Positions 20,326-29,772 of a DNA stretch of 57,446 nucleotides are shown here, one piece after another; position 1 is the first letter of the stretch; each line of letters begins with the position of its first letter. The stretch is from a virus. Lineage: Duplodnaviria; Caudoviricetes. A model generated the notes under the pieces. It was not told where the DNA came from, searched no databases, and saw nothing but the letters and a program-made list of their open reading frames with translations. The stretch covers positions 1-57,446 of the IMG/VR virus record IMGVR_UViG_3300035139_000059; one strand, 5' to 3'. Position numbers and translations under genes: made by a program.

Positions 20326-20633
20326 TGGAAGAAAAAAAAAGAATTGATTTAAAATATCCTATAGAAATTGACAAAAATGGTGACAAAAAAGTATATTCTT
20401 TTGTCGAAATTGGTAGGATGAAAAACAAACATCTTAAGATGCTGCCTAAAGATTTTTTCGCACAAGGTAAAAAGGCGATGATCCCGCCTTCTAAATTGCC
20501 TGATTTAATTGCAGCAATTTGCGAAATACCTTTAAAAGTGGCAGAAGAGATGGATTTTGAGGACACTATGACTATAAGTGAGTGTTTACAGGATTTTTTC
20601 GGCACTGCCCAGACGAAGGATGGCCAAGAATAA
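20325..20633 (+). CDS. Tail assembly chaperone
   Basis: Lies between tube and tape measure. IDLKYPI..MDFED..DFF ends at a slippery T-run. Confidence 0.8.
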   Translation: MEEKKRIDLKYPIEIDKNGDKKVYSFVEIGRMKNKHLKMLPKDFFAQGKKAMIPPSKLPDLIAAICEIPLKVAEEMDFEDTMTISECLQDFFGTAQTKDGQE

Positions 20634-20752
20634 TATATGATATTGCGTATCATTATAAATTCCAGCCTTCCGAAATCTGGGAAATGCCGGTAATTGAGAC
20701 GTTATTTTGGTATGAAGGATTAAATTATATAGCGGAAGAAATGAATGGCTAG
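20594..20752 (+). other. Programmed -1 frameshift site T TTT TTC and the frameshifted chaperone extension (P2 E'-like)
   Basis: The slippery heptamer is at 20594-20600. The -1 frame is open to TAG 20750-20752 and encodes IAYHYKFQPSEIWEMP..FW, a gpE'-like motif. Confidence 0.75.
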
Positions 20753-22481
20753 ATTTGAGATAAGTACAATAGTTGAAGTTTTAGATAAAGCAACTGCTCC
20801 TTTGCGACAGATAGGGAGAGGTTTTGGCATGGCCGGAATAGAGGCCTTTAGAGCTCAAAAAAGATTTAACAAATCCATGGCAAAAATTAAAAAATTTGGC
20901 GGAGCAGTTTCAAATACTGGCAAGAAAATGACTACTGGATTAACTCTTCCTATAATTGGTGCGGGTGGAGCCGCTCTTAAAACATTTGCTGATTTTGAAA
21001 TGTTAACTGCTAATTTTACTACTATGTTTAAAGGCAACGAAAAAGCGGCAAAAAACTTTATATTTCAAATAGAAAAAATGTCAGCAGCTACGCCTTATAC
21101 AACTTCGCAATTAGGAAAAAATGCGCAAGTCATGATGAGTTTTGGTATGAACTCTGAAAAAACTATGAAAGTTTTAAAGCAACTTGGAGATATTGCAGGC
21201 GGAAATCAAGAAAAAATGAGGTCTTTATCTCTTGCTTTTGCTCAGGTTAGTTCGGCAGGAAAACTTTCAGGACAAGATTTACTTCAAATGATTAATGCTG
21301 GCTTTAATCCTTTGCAAATTATTAGTAAAAAAACTGGACGAAGTATTGGCGAACTAAAAGAAATTATGGCTAAAGGAGGAATTTCCGCTAAAGCTGTTGC
21401 GAAGGCTTTTGAAGTAGCTACCGCAAAAGGAGGATTATTTTATAAAGGAGCAGAGCGGGGGTCTCTCACTCTTGCCGGTCTTTTCAGTACTTTAAAAGAT
21501 GCCGGCGAAAAAGCATTAAGGATGCTTGGTGAAACATTAAAAGAATCGTTAGATTTATCTAATGTTATACCACGCATAACAAAGAGAATAATAGAAATCA
21601 CAAGAGCTGTAAGTAATTGGATAAAAGAAAATCCGGCATTAACAAAAACTATAATTAAGATATTGTTGGTTTTAGCTGCTATAGGGCCAGTTTTATTTGT
21701 AATAGGTAAGGGAATTGTTGTTTTTGCGACTATGGCAAAAGCGGTAATGTTAGTTGTTAATGCTATTAAATTTATGTTTATGATATTTAAAGTTTTAACA
21801 ACTGTATTTATGGCTAATCCTGTTCTTTTGGCAATAATGGCAATAGCTGCTGCTGTTTTTTTAATAATAAAGTACTGGAAACCTATATCTAAATTTTTTA
21901 AAAAATTATTTGGTGGTACAAGTAAAATTATTATAAAAGTATGGAAGGGAATTGTTAAATTTCTTAAAAAATTATGGGAAGGAATAAAAAAAGTAGCAAA
22001 AACGGTTTGGAATGGAATAGTTTCTTTTTTTAAAACAGTAGGGCGAATTGCTTATAAGGTTTTAGTATATCCGTACGTTATAGCATGGGAATATTTAAAA
22101 AAGTTTTATAATTGGTTAAGTACAAATATAATTTTAGCTTTTAAAACTGTAATAAAATATTTACGTCCATTAGGCAAAGTATTATATGCTATTTTGATAA
22201 AACCTTATGTAGACGCTTGGAATGTTATTAAAAAAATATATGAAAAAATAATATTAGGAATTGAAAAAATTAAAAAATTGGTTGGAACAAAAAGTAAAAT
22301 TAAAGTAGAAGGCGGATTTATGGCAAAGACACCCCCAGCATTAGGGGAAAAAAGCCAGTCGGAAATTATGATAAATGTTAAATCAATGCCAGGCACAGAA
22401 GCTATAATAGAGCGTATGAAAATGAAAGGCAAAATGAAAGTTAAAGCAAAAACATCCAATTATACAGGAAGGAGCTTTTAA
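20745..22481 (+). CDS. Tape measure protein
   Basis: TP(Y), LGDIAGG, QV..GKL.GQDL.Q tape-measure domain, a hydrophobic segment and Trp-periodic repeats. Confidence 0.92.
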   Translation: MARFEISTIVEVLDKATAPLRQIGRGFGMAGIEAFRAQKRFNKSMAKIKKFGGAVSNTGKKMTTGLTLPIIGAGGAALKTFADFEMLTANFTTMFKGNEKAAKNFIFQIEKMSAATPYTTSQLGKNAQVMMSFGMNSEKTMKVLKQLGDIAGGNQEKMRSLSLAFAQVSSAGKLSGQDLLQMINAGFNPLQIISKKTGRSIGELKEIMAKGGISAKAVAKAFEVATAKGGLFYKGAERGSLTLAGLFSTLKDAGEKALRMLGETLKESLDLSNVIPRITKRIIEITRAVSNWIKENPALTKTIIKILLVLAAIGPVLFVIGKGIVVFATMAKAVMLVVNAIKFMFMIFKVLTTVFMANPVLLAIMAIAAAVFLIIKYWKPISKFFKKLFGGTSKIIIKVWKGIVKFLKKLWEGIKKVAKTVWNGIVSFFKTVGRIAYKVLVYPYVIAWEYLKKFYNWLSTNIILAFKTVIKYLRPLGKVLYAILIKPYVDAWNVIKKIYEKIILGIEKIKKLVGTKSKIKVEGGFMAKTPPALGEKSQSEIMINVKSMPGTEAIIERMKMKGKMKVKAKTSNYTGRSF

Positions 22482-23893
22482 TGTCTTTTAGAGAAAAATT
22501 AACATGGGCTGGAAATGAAAAAGGAAAAGCTTCTTTTCGAGGAGCATCTTTTTTTTTAGAAGACTCTGAAGCTGTCGTTGGACGCAGAATACATATGCAT
22601 TATCCTAGTGTCAATACCAAAAATATTGATATTGATGCAGAAATGAATGTTAAGGGTAAAAAAAGAAGAAAAAAAAGACGAAATAATAGTTTATATGCGG
22701 CAGATTTAGGCCCTGAAGCCGATGGATTTAGAATAACAGGTTATATTATTCAAAATTTAGGAAATAATTTTGATTATTTTGTTGAAAGAGATATTTTAAT
22801 AAGCGCCTTAAAAACCCGTGGCCCAGGCACTTTGATACATCCACTATATGGAACTATGCAAGTTTCTTTAAAAGAACCTGCAAAAATAACAGAAAGTATG
22901 ACAAAAGAAATTGGAATTGCACGTTTTGAAATGCTTTTTGTGCAATATATTGCGCCTATTTTTAAACAGCAAAAACCTGATTACAAAGAAAAAGTTGATG
23001 AATCTGCTTTAAAAACTATAAATACAGCATTAGATGCTTTTACCGACAAGATGAATACTTATGGTTCTTTTTTAACTTCTTTGATCGGCCCAATTACACA
23101 AACAATGAATTTAATGCAAAATGCTGTAAATTCTGTAAAAGGTGCAATTGCTTCTACTATAAATACAGCGTTATCAACTATAAATACAGCTATAAGTCTA
23201 ATTAATACGGTTTTAAATGCTCCTTGTGATCTTGCTAATTTATTTTTAGATGCTGCACAATCAATAAAGTCTCTAGTAGGGCTTGCTGGTGAAGTTGTGC
23301 AAGGTGGGATTATTGGCGCTTGTAGTGGCCAACTTAGAGGTGATGTAACTACAATGACGGGTGATGAAATTCCTGAAACGATAGGATCAAGCATTTGCGA
23401 AGAAATGGCTGATATCGCAATATTTGATTCTGATGATTTAGAAAGTGTACCTACTGAACAACAAAATAATTTAGATTTAATTTCAACAATGGCACAAGTA
23501 AGTGTGGTTACTACTATTGTTCAAATAGGTATAAGAATAGATTTTTCTAATCAGCAGGATATGGAAAATATAATCTATAAAATATTGGAAGCTTTTGATA
23601 ATTTAATAAATCGTTTAGGATCGGCAAATGATGAAATAGAAGACCCGGCGTTATTTGCTGATGTATGTTTACTCAGAGCAGATTTTGTAGATTCTATGTA
23701 CAAAAAAAATACAGATTTAGCAAAGCAAATAAATTATGAAGTCCCGCCTGGTATTCAATCTGTTTTAGAATTGGCATACAAACAATATACAGATATAGAA
23801 AGAGAAGATGAAATATTTCAAAGAAACAAAAATGTCATTAAACATCCTGGATTTTTACCAGGAGGTGAAGAAATAAGGATTTTAAATGAGTGA
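22481..23893 (+). CDS. Mu gpN-like DNA circularisation / tail initiator protein
   Basis: ASFRGA.F, GRR..H.YP, DLG, GPGTLIHPLYG and a C-terminal RN..I.HPGF. Confidence 0.88.
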   Translation: MSFREKLTWAGNEKGKASFRGASFFLEDSEAVVGRRIHMHYPSVNTKNIDIDAEMNVKGKKRRKKRRNNSLYAADLGPEADGFRITGYIIQNLGNNFDYFVERDILISALKTRGPGTLIHPLYGTMQVSLKEPAKITESMTKEIGIARFEMLFVQYIAPIFKQQKPDYKEKVDESALKTINTALDAFTDKMNTYGSFLTSLIGPITQTMNLMQNAVNSVKGAIASTINTALSTINTAISLINTVLNAPCDLANLFLDAAQSIKSLVGLAGEVVQGGIIGACSGQLRGDVTTMTGDEIPETIGSSICEEMADIAIFDSDDLESVPTEQQNNLDLISTMAQVSVVTTIVQIGIRIDFSNQQDMENIIYKILEAFDNLINRLGSANDEIEDPALFADVCLLRADFVDSMYKKNTDLAKQINYEVPPGIQSVLELAYKQYTDIEREDEIFQRNKNVIKHPGFLPGGEEIRILNE

Positions 23894-24947
23894 ATTAAAA
23901 CTTAAAATAAATGAAGTTTCCTACACAGGCTTTGAATATGTAGATATATTTAAAACCATGCAGAGCATGTGTGGGCGATATAATGTTACATTGCATGATA
24001 TATACAAAGGCGGTAATGCCTTACAAGATATTAGAATAAATGACGAATGTATAATTGAGATTAATGATCAAGTAATTTTGACAGGTTATGTCGATGCAAT
24101 GCCTGTAGAATATGGGAAAGATTATTGTTGGTTGCACTTAGCAGGTCGTGATAATATACAGGATTTAATTGATTGTAGTTATGATTTTACCCCGAACGAA
24201 TGGAAAGAACAGACTATTCAATCAATAATAACAAGTATTTGTAATAATTTTTCAATTACTGTTGCAATCGATGATTCTGCAACTACAGAGACAAATATTA
24301 TAATCGAAAGTTTTAAAGCAAACGAAGGGCAGGCGGTTTGGGAAATAATAAGTGAATTATGTCATGATAATGGACTTTTGGCGGTATGTTACGGAGACGG
24401 CAATTTAACTTTAACTAAAGTTAGAAGTGAATATGCAACTGACGGGATTTTAAATGACGTGAATATTGACACGTGTTTGACCGAGCAATCTACCGAAGAC
24501 AGATATAGTTCTATTAAAGTAAAAGGGCAGGGTATAGAGACAGACAATAAGGCCTTAGGTGATTATATTTCTTGTTTTGGTGTCTGGGAAGATGAAATTG
24601 TCACGAGAAATAGACCTTTAGTTTTATTTTCCGATTTGCCGACAACTTACGCAAAAGCAAAAAAAAGAGCTATATGGGAATCACGAATAAGAGCCGGGTT
24701 AAGCCGTAAAATTATATATCAAGTTCCTGGCTGGGTACAAAGTGACGGCAATGTCTGGGATATTAATAAACTTGTAAATGTAGAAGATGAAATATTAGGA
24801 ATAAATGAAACAAAATTAATAATGAGTGTAAATTATTTATTTGACCAAGATGGAGGAGAAATTACTCATTTAGTAATTGTAGATAGAAATACTTTTAATA
24901 ATAGTGAAGATGAAATTAGAATAAAATCTGTATTTGATAGGGAATAA
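23886..24947 (+). CDS. Baseplate hub, Mu gp44/gpP-like
   Basis: VILTGYVD, GRD..DLIDCS, RYS.I.VKGQ and V.GW..G.VW..N. Confidence 0.88.
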   Translation: MSELKLKINEVSYTGFEYVDIFKTMQSMCGRYNVTLHDIYKGGNALQDIRINDECIIEINDQVILTGYVDAMPVEYGKDYCWLHLAGRDNIQDLIDCSYDFTPNEWKEQTIQSIITSICNNFSITVAIDDSATTETNIIIESFKANEGQAVWEIISELCHDNGLLAVCYGDGNLTLTKVRSEYATDGILNDVNIDTCLTEQSTEDRYSSIKVKGQGIETDNKALGDYISCFGVWEDEIVTRNRPLVLFSDLPTTYAKAKKRAIWESRIRAGLSRKIIYQVPGWVQSDGNVWDINKLVNVEDEILGINETKLIMSVNYLFDQDGGEITHLVIVDRNTFNNSEDEIRIKSVFDRE

Positions 24948-25503
24948 AATGATAAGTATAGATGATTTTACAAGATTAACTGATAAAATAAAACGTAAAA
25001 TATTTCTTTTGCTTGGCCGTGCTTTGCTTACTGCCGTGAATAATTCCGGAAAGACACAAAAAATACAAGTACAGGCATTAAAAGATGAAACAATTACTGA
25101 TATAGAAAGATTTCAGGAATATGGACTTGAAACATATCCGAAAAAAGGTAGCGCGGAAGCCGTGATTATATTTTTAAACGGAAATCGGGAGCATGGAATA
25201 GCATTGTGCGTGCAAGATCGTGAGTATAGACCTAAAGATTTAATAGAAGGTGAAGTTATGCTTTATCATTTAGATGGGAATACAAAAATATATATTAAAG
25301 AAGGTTTAATTGAAATCACGGGCGGTGGCACATTAGAATTTGCTCCTTTATCTTCTAAAATAAAAACTGAAATCGATACTTTAATAGATATTTTTAATGC
25401 ACATGTTCATCCAGAAACAGGCGGGAATACACAACCCCCTACTACTTCGATGACGAAACCGACGCAAGAAGATTATAGCTCAACGGAGATTAAAATTAGT
25501 TAA
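24934..25503 (+). CDS. Baseplate spike, Mu gp45-like (start may be ATG 24949)
   Basis: ERFQEYG..P, G.R.HG, DR.YRP..L..GEV.LY and a C-terminal HVH metal-binding tip. Confidence 0.88.
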   Translation: MIGNKMISIDDFTRLTDKIKRKIFLLLGRALLTAVNNSGKTQKIQVQALKDETITDIERFQEYGLETYPKKGSAEAVIIFLNGNREHGIALCVQDREYRPKDLIEGEVMLYHLDGNTKIYIKEGLIEITGGGTLEFAPLSSKIKTEIDTLIDIFNAHVHPETGGNTQPPTTSMTKPTQEDYSSTEIKIS

Positions 25504-25985
25504 TGGCAAATGATGTTAAAATAATATGGGATGAGGATTTAAACGAAGGTGACATTTTTTTTGCGGGAGGTGATTTAACTCGTGAAGAAGGATTGCAAAC
25601 TGCTGTAATGATGTCGCTTTATTCAGATAGAAGAGCTGATAATGACGATATATTGCCTGATCCTAATAATATGGATAAAAGAGGTTGGTGGGGCGATCAA
25701 ATATCGGAATATGAAAATGACAAAATAGGAAGTAAATTATGGCTTTTGGAACGGGCAAAAGCAACAGAAAATAATTTATCTTTAGCAAGAATTTATATGG
25801 AAGAATGTTTAGATTGGATGCTAGAAGATGAAGTTGTACAGGATATAGAAGTTGAAACGGAAAGTCAAAAAAGACAAGATGGAACAGCGACATTAGCGGC
25901 AAAAATTACGATATATCAATCTGATGAACAAGTTATAGCATTAAAATTTGATGATTTATGGCAAGCACAAATTGAGGAGGCATAA
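25503..25985 (+). CDS. Baseplate protein, Mu gp46-like
   Basis: LQTAVMMSLYSDRRA, RGWWGD, IGSKLWLLERAK and Y.EECLDWM. Confidence 0.92.
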   Translation: MANDVKIIWDEDLNEGDIFFAGGDLTREEGLQTAVMMSLYSDRRADNDDILPDPNNMDKRGWWGDQISEYENDKIGSKLWLLERAKATENNLSLARIYMEECLDWMLEDEVVQDIEVETESQKRQDGTATLAAKITIYQSDEQVIALKFDDLWQAQIEEA

Positions 25986-27086
25986 ATGTTTGAACGACCC
26001 ACGTTGACAGAAATAATAACAAGAATAAAAAATGATATAGTATCAAGAATAACTGGCGCGAGTACACTGTTAAGACGATCGATTCTTTCAGTTTTCGCGA
26101 CTGCGTTTGGAGGCGCTATTCATTCGCTGTATGGCAATATAGAATATAACAAAGATCAATTATTTATATTAGACGCTGATTTAGAAAGTTTAAAAAAACA
26201 CGCGAATGAATATGGGTTGTCTTTGAATGAAGCGGAAAAAGCAACAGGAGAAGTGACCGCAACGGGAACAGCTGGGACCTCTATTCCTATTTATTCAGAA
26301 CTTCAAAGCGCCACGGGACAAGTTTATTTAACAGATACAGCCGCTATTTTGGACGCGGGGGGTCTTGCGACTATTGACATAACCGCGAAAGTAGCTGGCG
26401 AAAATGGAAATGATGACGCGGGAATTAGTTTATCTTTTGTAAGTCCTATATCTGGTGTAAATACTACTGTTACAGTAGGCGCTACTGGCCTAAGTGGCGG
26501 CGCTGATGAGGAAGAAGAAGATGATTTTAGAAATAGAATATTAACAAGGAAAAGAAAGCCTCCGCATGGGGGAATTCAGGAGGATTATGTTAATTGGATG
26601 TTAGAAGTTTCAGGTGTCACAAGAGCCTGGTCAATTCCTATGTATCAGGGTGTTGGTACAATCGGTTGCGCTTTTGTAAGAGATAACGATGATTCTATTT
26701 TTCCAGATGATTCAGAAAAAGAAACCGTATATGATTATATAGTAAGTCACACTGAAGAAGTTACGGGTAAAATCGTTGGTGCGCCAGTTACGGCGGTAGA
26801 AAATATTTACATGATCAGCCTTTCGCCTTTAGCAGTTAATTTTAATATTCAGATTTCTCCTAACACTGGCGATGTGCAAACTGCCGTAACAAGTCAATTA
26901 GAAGATTTAATAAATGTCGACGGTGGCCCTGAACAAACTATTAGATTATCAAGGGCAAGGGCTGCAATAAGTGCGGCTGCTGGTGAAGAATATCATGAAA
27001 TAACTTATCCGACTGAAGATATAACGGCTTCTTCACAGCAAATACATGTGTTGGGAACAATAACCTTTTCGGATTATGAGGGATAG
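25986..27086 (+). CDS. Baseplate wedge J-like, Mu gp47
   Basis: FERPTL, G..GN, GGADEE.EDDFR.R, PPHGG..DY..W and GVTRAW. Confidence 0.92.
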   Translation: MFERPTLTEIITRIKNDIVSRITGASTLLRRSILSVFATAFGGAIHSLYGNIEYNKDQLFILDADLESLKKHANEYGLSLNEAEKATGEVTATGTAGTSIPIYSELQSATGQVYLTDTAAILDAGGLATIDITAKVAGENGNDDAGISLSFVSPISGVNTTVTVGATGLSGGADEEEEDDFRNRILTRKRKPPHGGIQEDYVNWMLEVSGVTRAWSIPMYQGVGTIGCAFVRDNDDSIFPDDSEKETVYDYIVSHTEEVTGKIVGAPVTAVENIYMISLSPLAVNFNIQISPNTGDVQTAVTSQLEDLINVDGGPEQTIRLSRARAAISAAAGEEYHEITYPTEDITASSQQIHVLGTITFSDYEG

Positions 27087-27088
27087 AA

Positions 27089-27889
27089 ATGCCAAGAAGT
27101 TATAAAGAATATGCTAGACTTTTAATGTCTCTTTTGCCCAGAGGTAGATTTTGGACACGATCAAAAGATTCTGTTTTATATGAATTTATGCAGGGTTGCG
27201 GCGATGAACTTAGTCGCATTGAGGGACGAGCAGAAGATTTAATAAATGAAGCATATCCAACACAAATACAGGAAACTTTTGAGGAATGGGAAGCTGATTT
27301 CGCGCTTCCTGATGAAGGTAAGGATATTTCTTCTATAGATTCAGAAAGACGAGAAAGAATACACGCAAAGCTTGTCGCGACAGGACAGCAAAACGCGGAA
27401 TATTTTGAAGATATAGCCTCGGCATTGGGGTATACTATAGAAATTGAGGGTATCCAAAAATCTCTTGCAGGTTTAATGACGGCTGGTTCTTCAGTTGCGA
27501 CAAATGATTATTCATGTTTTTATTGGTTTGTCAATATTGATGTTACGGCAAAAATGCAGCAATATTTTACAAAAGCAAATATTTCGCAATTAATTATAGA
27601 TATTACAAAATGGAAACCAGCTCATACTATTGTTTTATTCAGATTTACAGAGATTGCTTTTTCAAGGGGATTTAGTCACGGGTTTGACATGACTCCGTAT
27701 TATGATGGCAGTTGGTGGCCTTTGGGATTTGGTAGCGGATTTTCAAATGGTTTTGCAAATAATAGTGATTACGATGGAGTTATGCTAACAGGCGGGTTTC
27801 ACAGTGGCTTTAATTTAGGATTTGATTCTTATCGGGGCGGTGGTTTTAATTATGATGGGTTTAGTACAGGTTTTTGGAAACCAAGTTAA
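27089..27889 (+). CDS. Baseplate protein Mu gp48 / YmfQ (DUF2313)-like, with a GF-repeat C-terminal extension
   Basis: LLPRG..W, EWE..LPD, YF..IA..LGY and KPAHT, followed by about 75 aa of GFxxGF repeats. Confidence 0.88.
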   Translation: MPRSYKEYARLLMSLLPRGRFWTRSKDSVLYEFMQGCGDELSRIEGRAEDLINEAYPTQIQETFEEWEADFALPDEGKDISSIDSERRERIHAKLVATGQQNAEYFEDIASALGYTIEIEGIQKSLAGLMTAGSSVATNDYSCFYWFVNIDVTAKMQQYFTKANISQLIIDITKWKPAHTIVLFRFTEIAFSRGFSHGFDMTPYYDGSWWPLGFGSGFSNGFANNSDYDGVMLTGGFHSGFNLGFDSYRGGGFNYDGFSTGFWKPS

Positions 27890-27931
27890 ATATAAAAAAA
27901 TATTAAGAATGTTTAAATAGAGGAGGATAAA

Positions 27932-28513
27932 ATGGCAGACACACAACGAACGAGAGCGGCAATATTATCATTATTCGCTGACAACGTAACAGGACAAATT
28001 TCAGAACAGGATTTACGTGATTTTGTTTTTACAATAATGGAACCTGAATTTGCAAATCCAGGTGATTTTTGGGCAAAACCAGATGCTAAATATATTACTA
28101 CAGACAAAACAGCAAAAGGGGCTAAAATGTATAGCCAGTATTTTGGTTCTGCTGTTAGTTGGATGAATGTAATATATCAGGACAACAGTACAGGATATTG
28201 GTATCCGGCAGATTTGGCGGCTTCTGCTAAAAACAGAGGGCGATTGGCTCTCGCGATGGATAGCTATGCAGCAGGATATAGCACTGGTGAAGTATTATTA
28301 GAAGGAATTGTTTATGACAGCTCTTTTAGTACAGTATTTAGTCGTAAAATAGGGCAGCCTGTTTATTTGGATTCAGGAGTCCCTGGCTCAATATCAGTAG
28401 GTGAAACTACTTTAAGCAATAGGGTTCTGGGGTATGTAGCTCATTCAGATGCTGGAAATAGCGCAATTGGCAAGTGGTATTTTAGTCCTGAATGGTCAGT
28501 AAGTGGCGCATAA
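27932..28513 (+). CDS. Hypothetical virion protein
   Basis: GAGGAGG RBS, located between baseplate and fibres. G.PVYL..PG.IS..RVLG is a beta-rich C-terminal pattern. Confidence 0.6.
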   Translation: MADTQRTRAAILSLFADNVTGQISEQDLRDFVFTIMEPEFANPGDFWAKPDAKYITTDKTAKGAKMYSQYFGSAVSWMNVIYQDNSTGYWYPADLAASAKNRGRLALAMDSYAAGYSTGEVLLEGIVYDSSFSTVFSRKIGQPVYLDSGVPGSISVGETTLSNRVLGYVAHSDAGNSAIGKWYFSPEWSVSGA

Positions 28514-28522
28514 GGAGGGCTT

Positions 28523-29194
28523 ATGCATAGAATAGAAGGCGAAAATGTTAACGTAATAAATGATAAAAATTATTTTAGCACTTCGCCGCCTTTAACGGTA
28601 GTAACGCCAGAATGGTTAAATTCATTGCAAGAAGAGATAATGAATGTCATTGAAAGTTCTGGATTGTCAATTTTAGATCAAAGCGACGATACACAAGATC
28701 AATTATTAACGGCTTTGCGTCTTATCACATCTCTTCCGATTGGTTCTATTTTGCCTTATGGCGCAGGGACTAACCCAAATGGTTTTTTAATTTGTGATGG
28801 TTCTGCTATTTCAAGATCAACTTATGCTTCTTTATATGCAGTTATTGGTACAGTCTGGGGGGTAGGTGATGGGTCTACTACGTTTAATATTCCTGATCTT
28901 CAAGGTATATTTTTGCGTGGTGTTGGGTCACATGGTTCATTACAAGATGCAAACGGAACAGCTTTTTCAGGTACTTTAGGAAGTTATCAAAATGATAACT
29001 TTCAAAGTCATGTTCATTTTTTACAAAATATAGCTGTTACTGGGTCGGCAGCTGGATCATATTCAATTGGTGCTGGGGCATTTGCAGCGATAAATCATAC
29101 AACCCCGTTATCAGATGGAATAAATGGAACTCCTAGAACGGGAGTAGAAACAAATCCAGCCAATGCAGGTATAAATTATATAATAAAATATTAG
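28523..29194 (+). CDS. Short tail fibre with tail-collar domain
   Basis: N-terminus MHRI..TVVTPEWLNSLQEE..QL..A, and collar motif PIGSI..GFLICDGS..Y..L..VIG..G.GDGSTTFNIPDL.G.FLRG. Confidence 0.88.
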   Translation: MHRIEGENVNVINDKNYFSTSPPLTVVTPEWLNSLQEEIMNVIESSGLSILDQSDDTQDQLLTALRLITSLPIGSILPYGAGTNPNGFLICDGSAISRSTYASLYAVIGTVWGVGDGSTTFNIPDLQGIFLRGVGSHGSLQDANGTAFSGTLGSYQNDNFQSHVHFLQNIAVTGSAAGSYSIGAGAFAAINHTTPLSDGINGTPRTGVETNPANAGINYIIKY

Positions 29195-29202
29195 GAGGAA
29201 TA

Positions 29203-29760
29203 ATGATAATTTATTTTTATAATAACAAAACATTTGAATATACAGGACAAGGACAAGCACAAAAAGATGTCTTAGAATCAAAAAAACAAAATAGAGAAAT
29301 TTATATGTTTCCTCCTAATTCTACAGAAATTAAACCTGATTTAGATAATCTAGGAGAAAATGAAGTATATATTTTTTCTGTTTCTGAAAAAACATGGAAT
29401 ATTGACAAAGATTTTAGAGGAACACAAATTTATCATATAAATGATAAATATCGTAAAATAATTACGGAAATAGGCGAAAGTCCTGATGATTATGAGGATT
29501 ATACATTATTAGAGCCTCCAAACGGCATAGGAGGTAAATATGTTTTCAGAAATGGAGAATGGGTAATAGATAAAGAAAGAGAAAGAGAAATTGAAGAAAA
29601 AAATTATTTACAGAAAGTTATTTTAAAAAAATATAATGAAATAATAATACAGGCTTTAATTAATGATGGAATTTTATCTAGTTCAGGTGAAATTTTAAAA
29701 GATGATGTAGAAAATTTAGGAAAAGATATTTTTCAAATGATTTCTGAATTGGGAGACTAA
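29203..29760 (+). CDS. Tail fibre assembly chaperone (Tfa-like)
   Basis: Y.Y..T.EY.G, P.NST..P, W..DFRG, I.EIG..P and W.ID. Confidence 0.8.
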   Translation: MIIYFYNNKTFEYTGQGQAQKDVLESKKQNREIYMFPPNSTEIKPDLDNLGENEVYIFSVSEKTWNIDKDFRGTQIYHINDKYRKIITEIGESPDDYEDYTLLEPPNGIGGKYVFRNGEWVIDKEREREIEEKNYLQKVILKKYNEIIIQALINDGILSSSGEILKDDVENLGKDIFQMISELGD

Positions 29761-29772
29761 AGGAGGTGGAAG

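Noticed and set aside
9358-25902. Short antisense ORFs in the track overlapping structural genes (e.g. 10115, 11131, 13529, 17280, 18336, 19878, 23059)
   Set aside because: They lie opposite well-supported genes and show no motifs or RBS.
18421-27889. Transposable Mu-like prophage or a tailocin
   Set aside because: There is no transposase or MuB, and a full head and packaging module is present.
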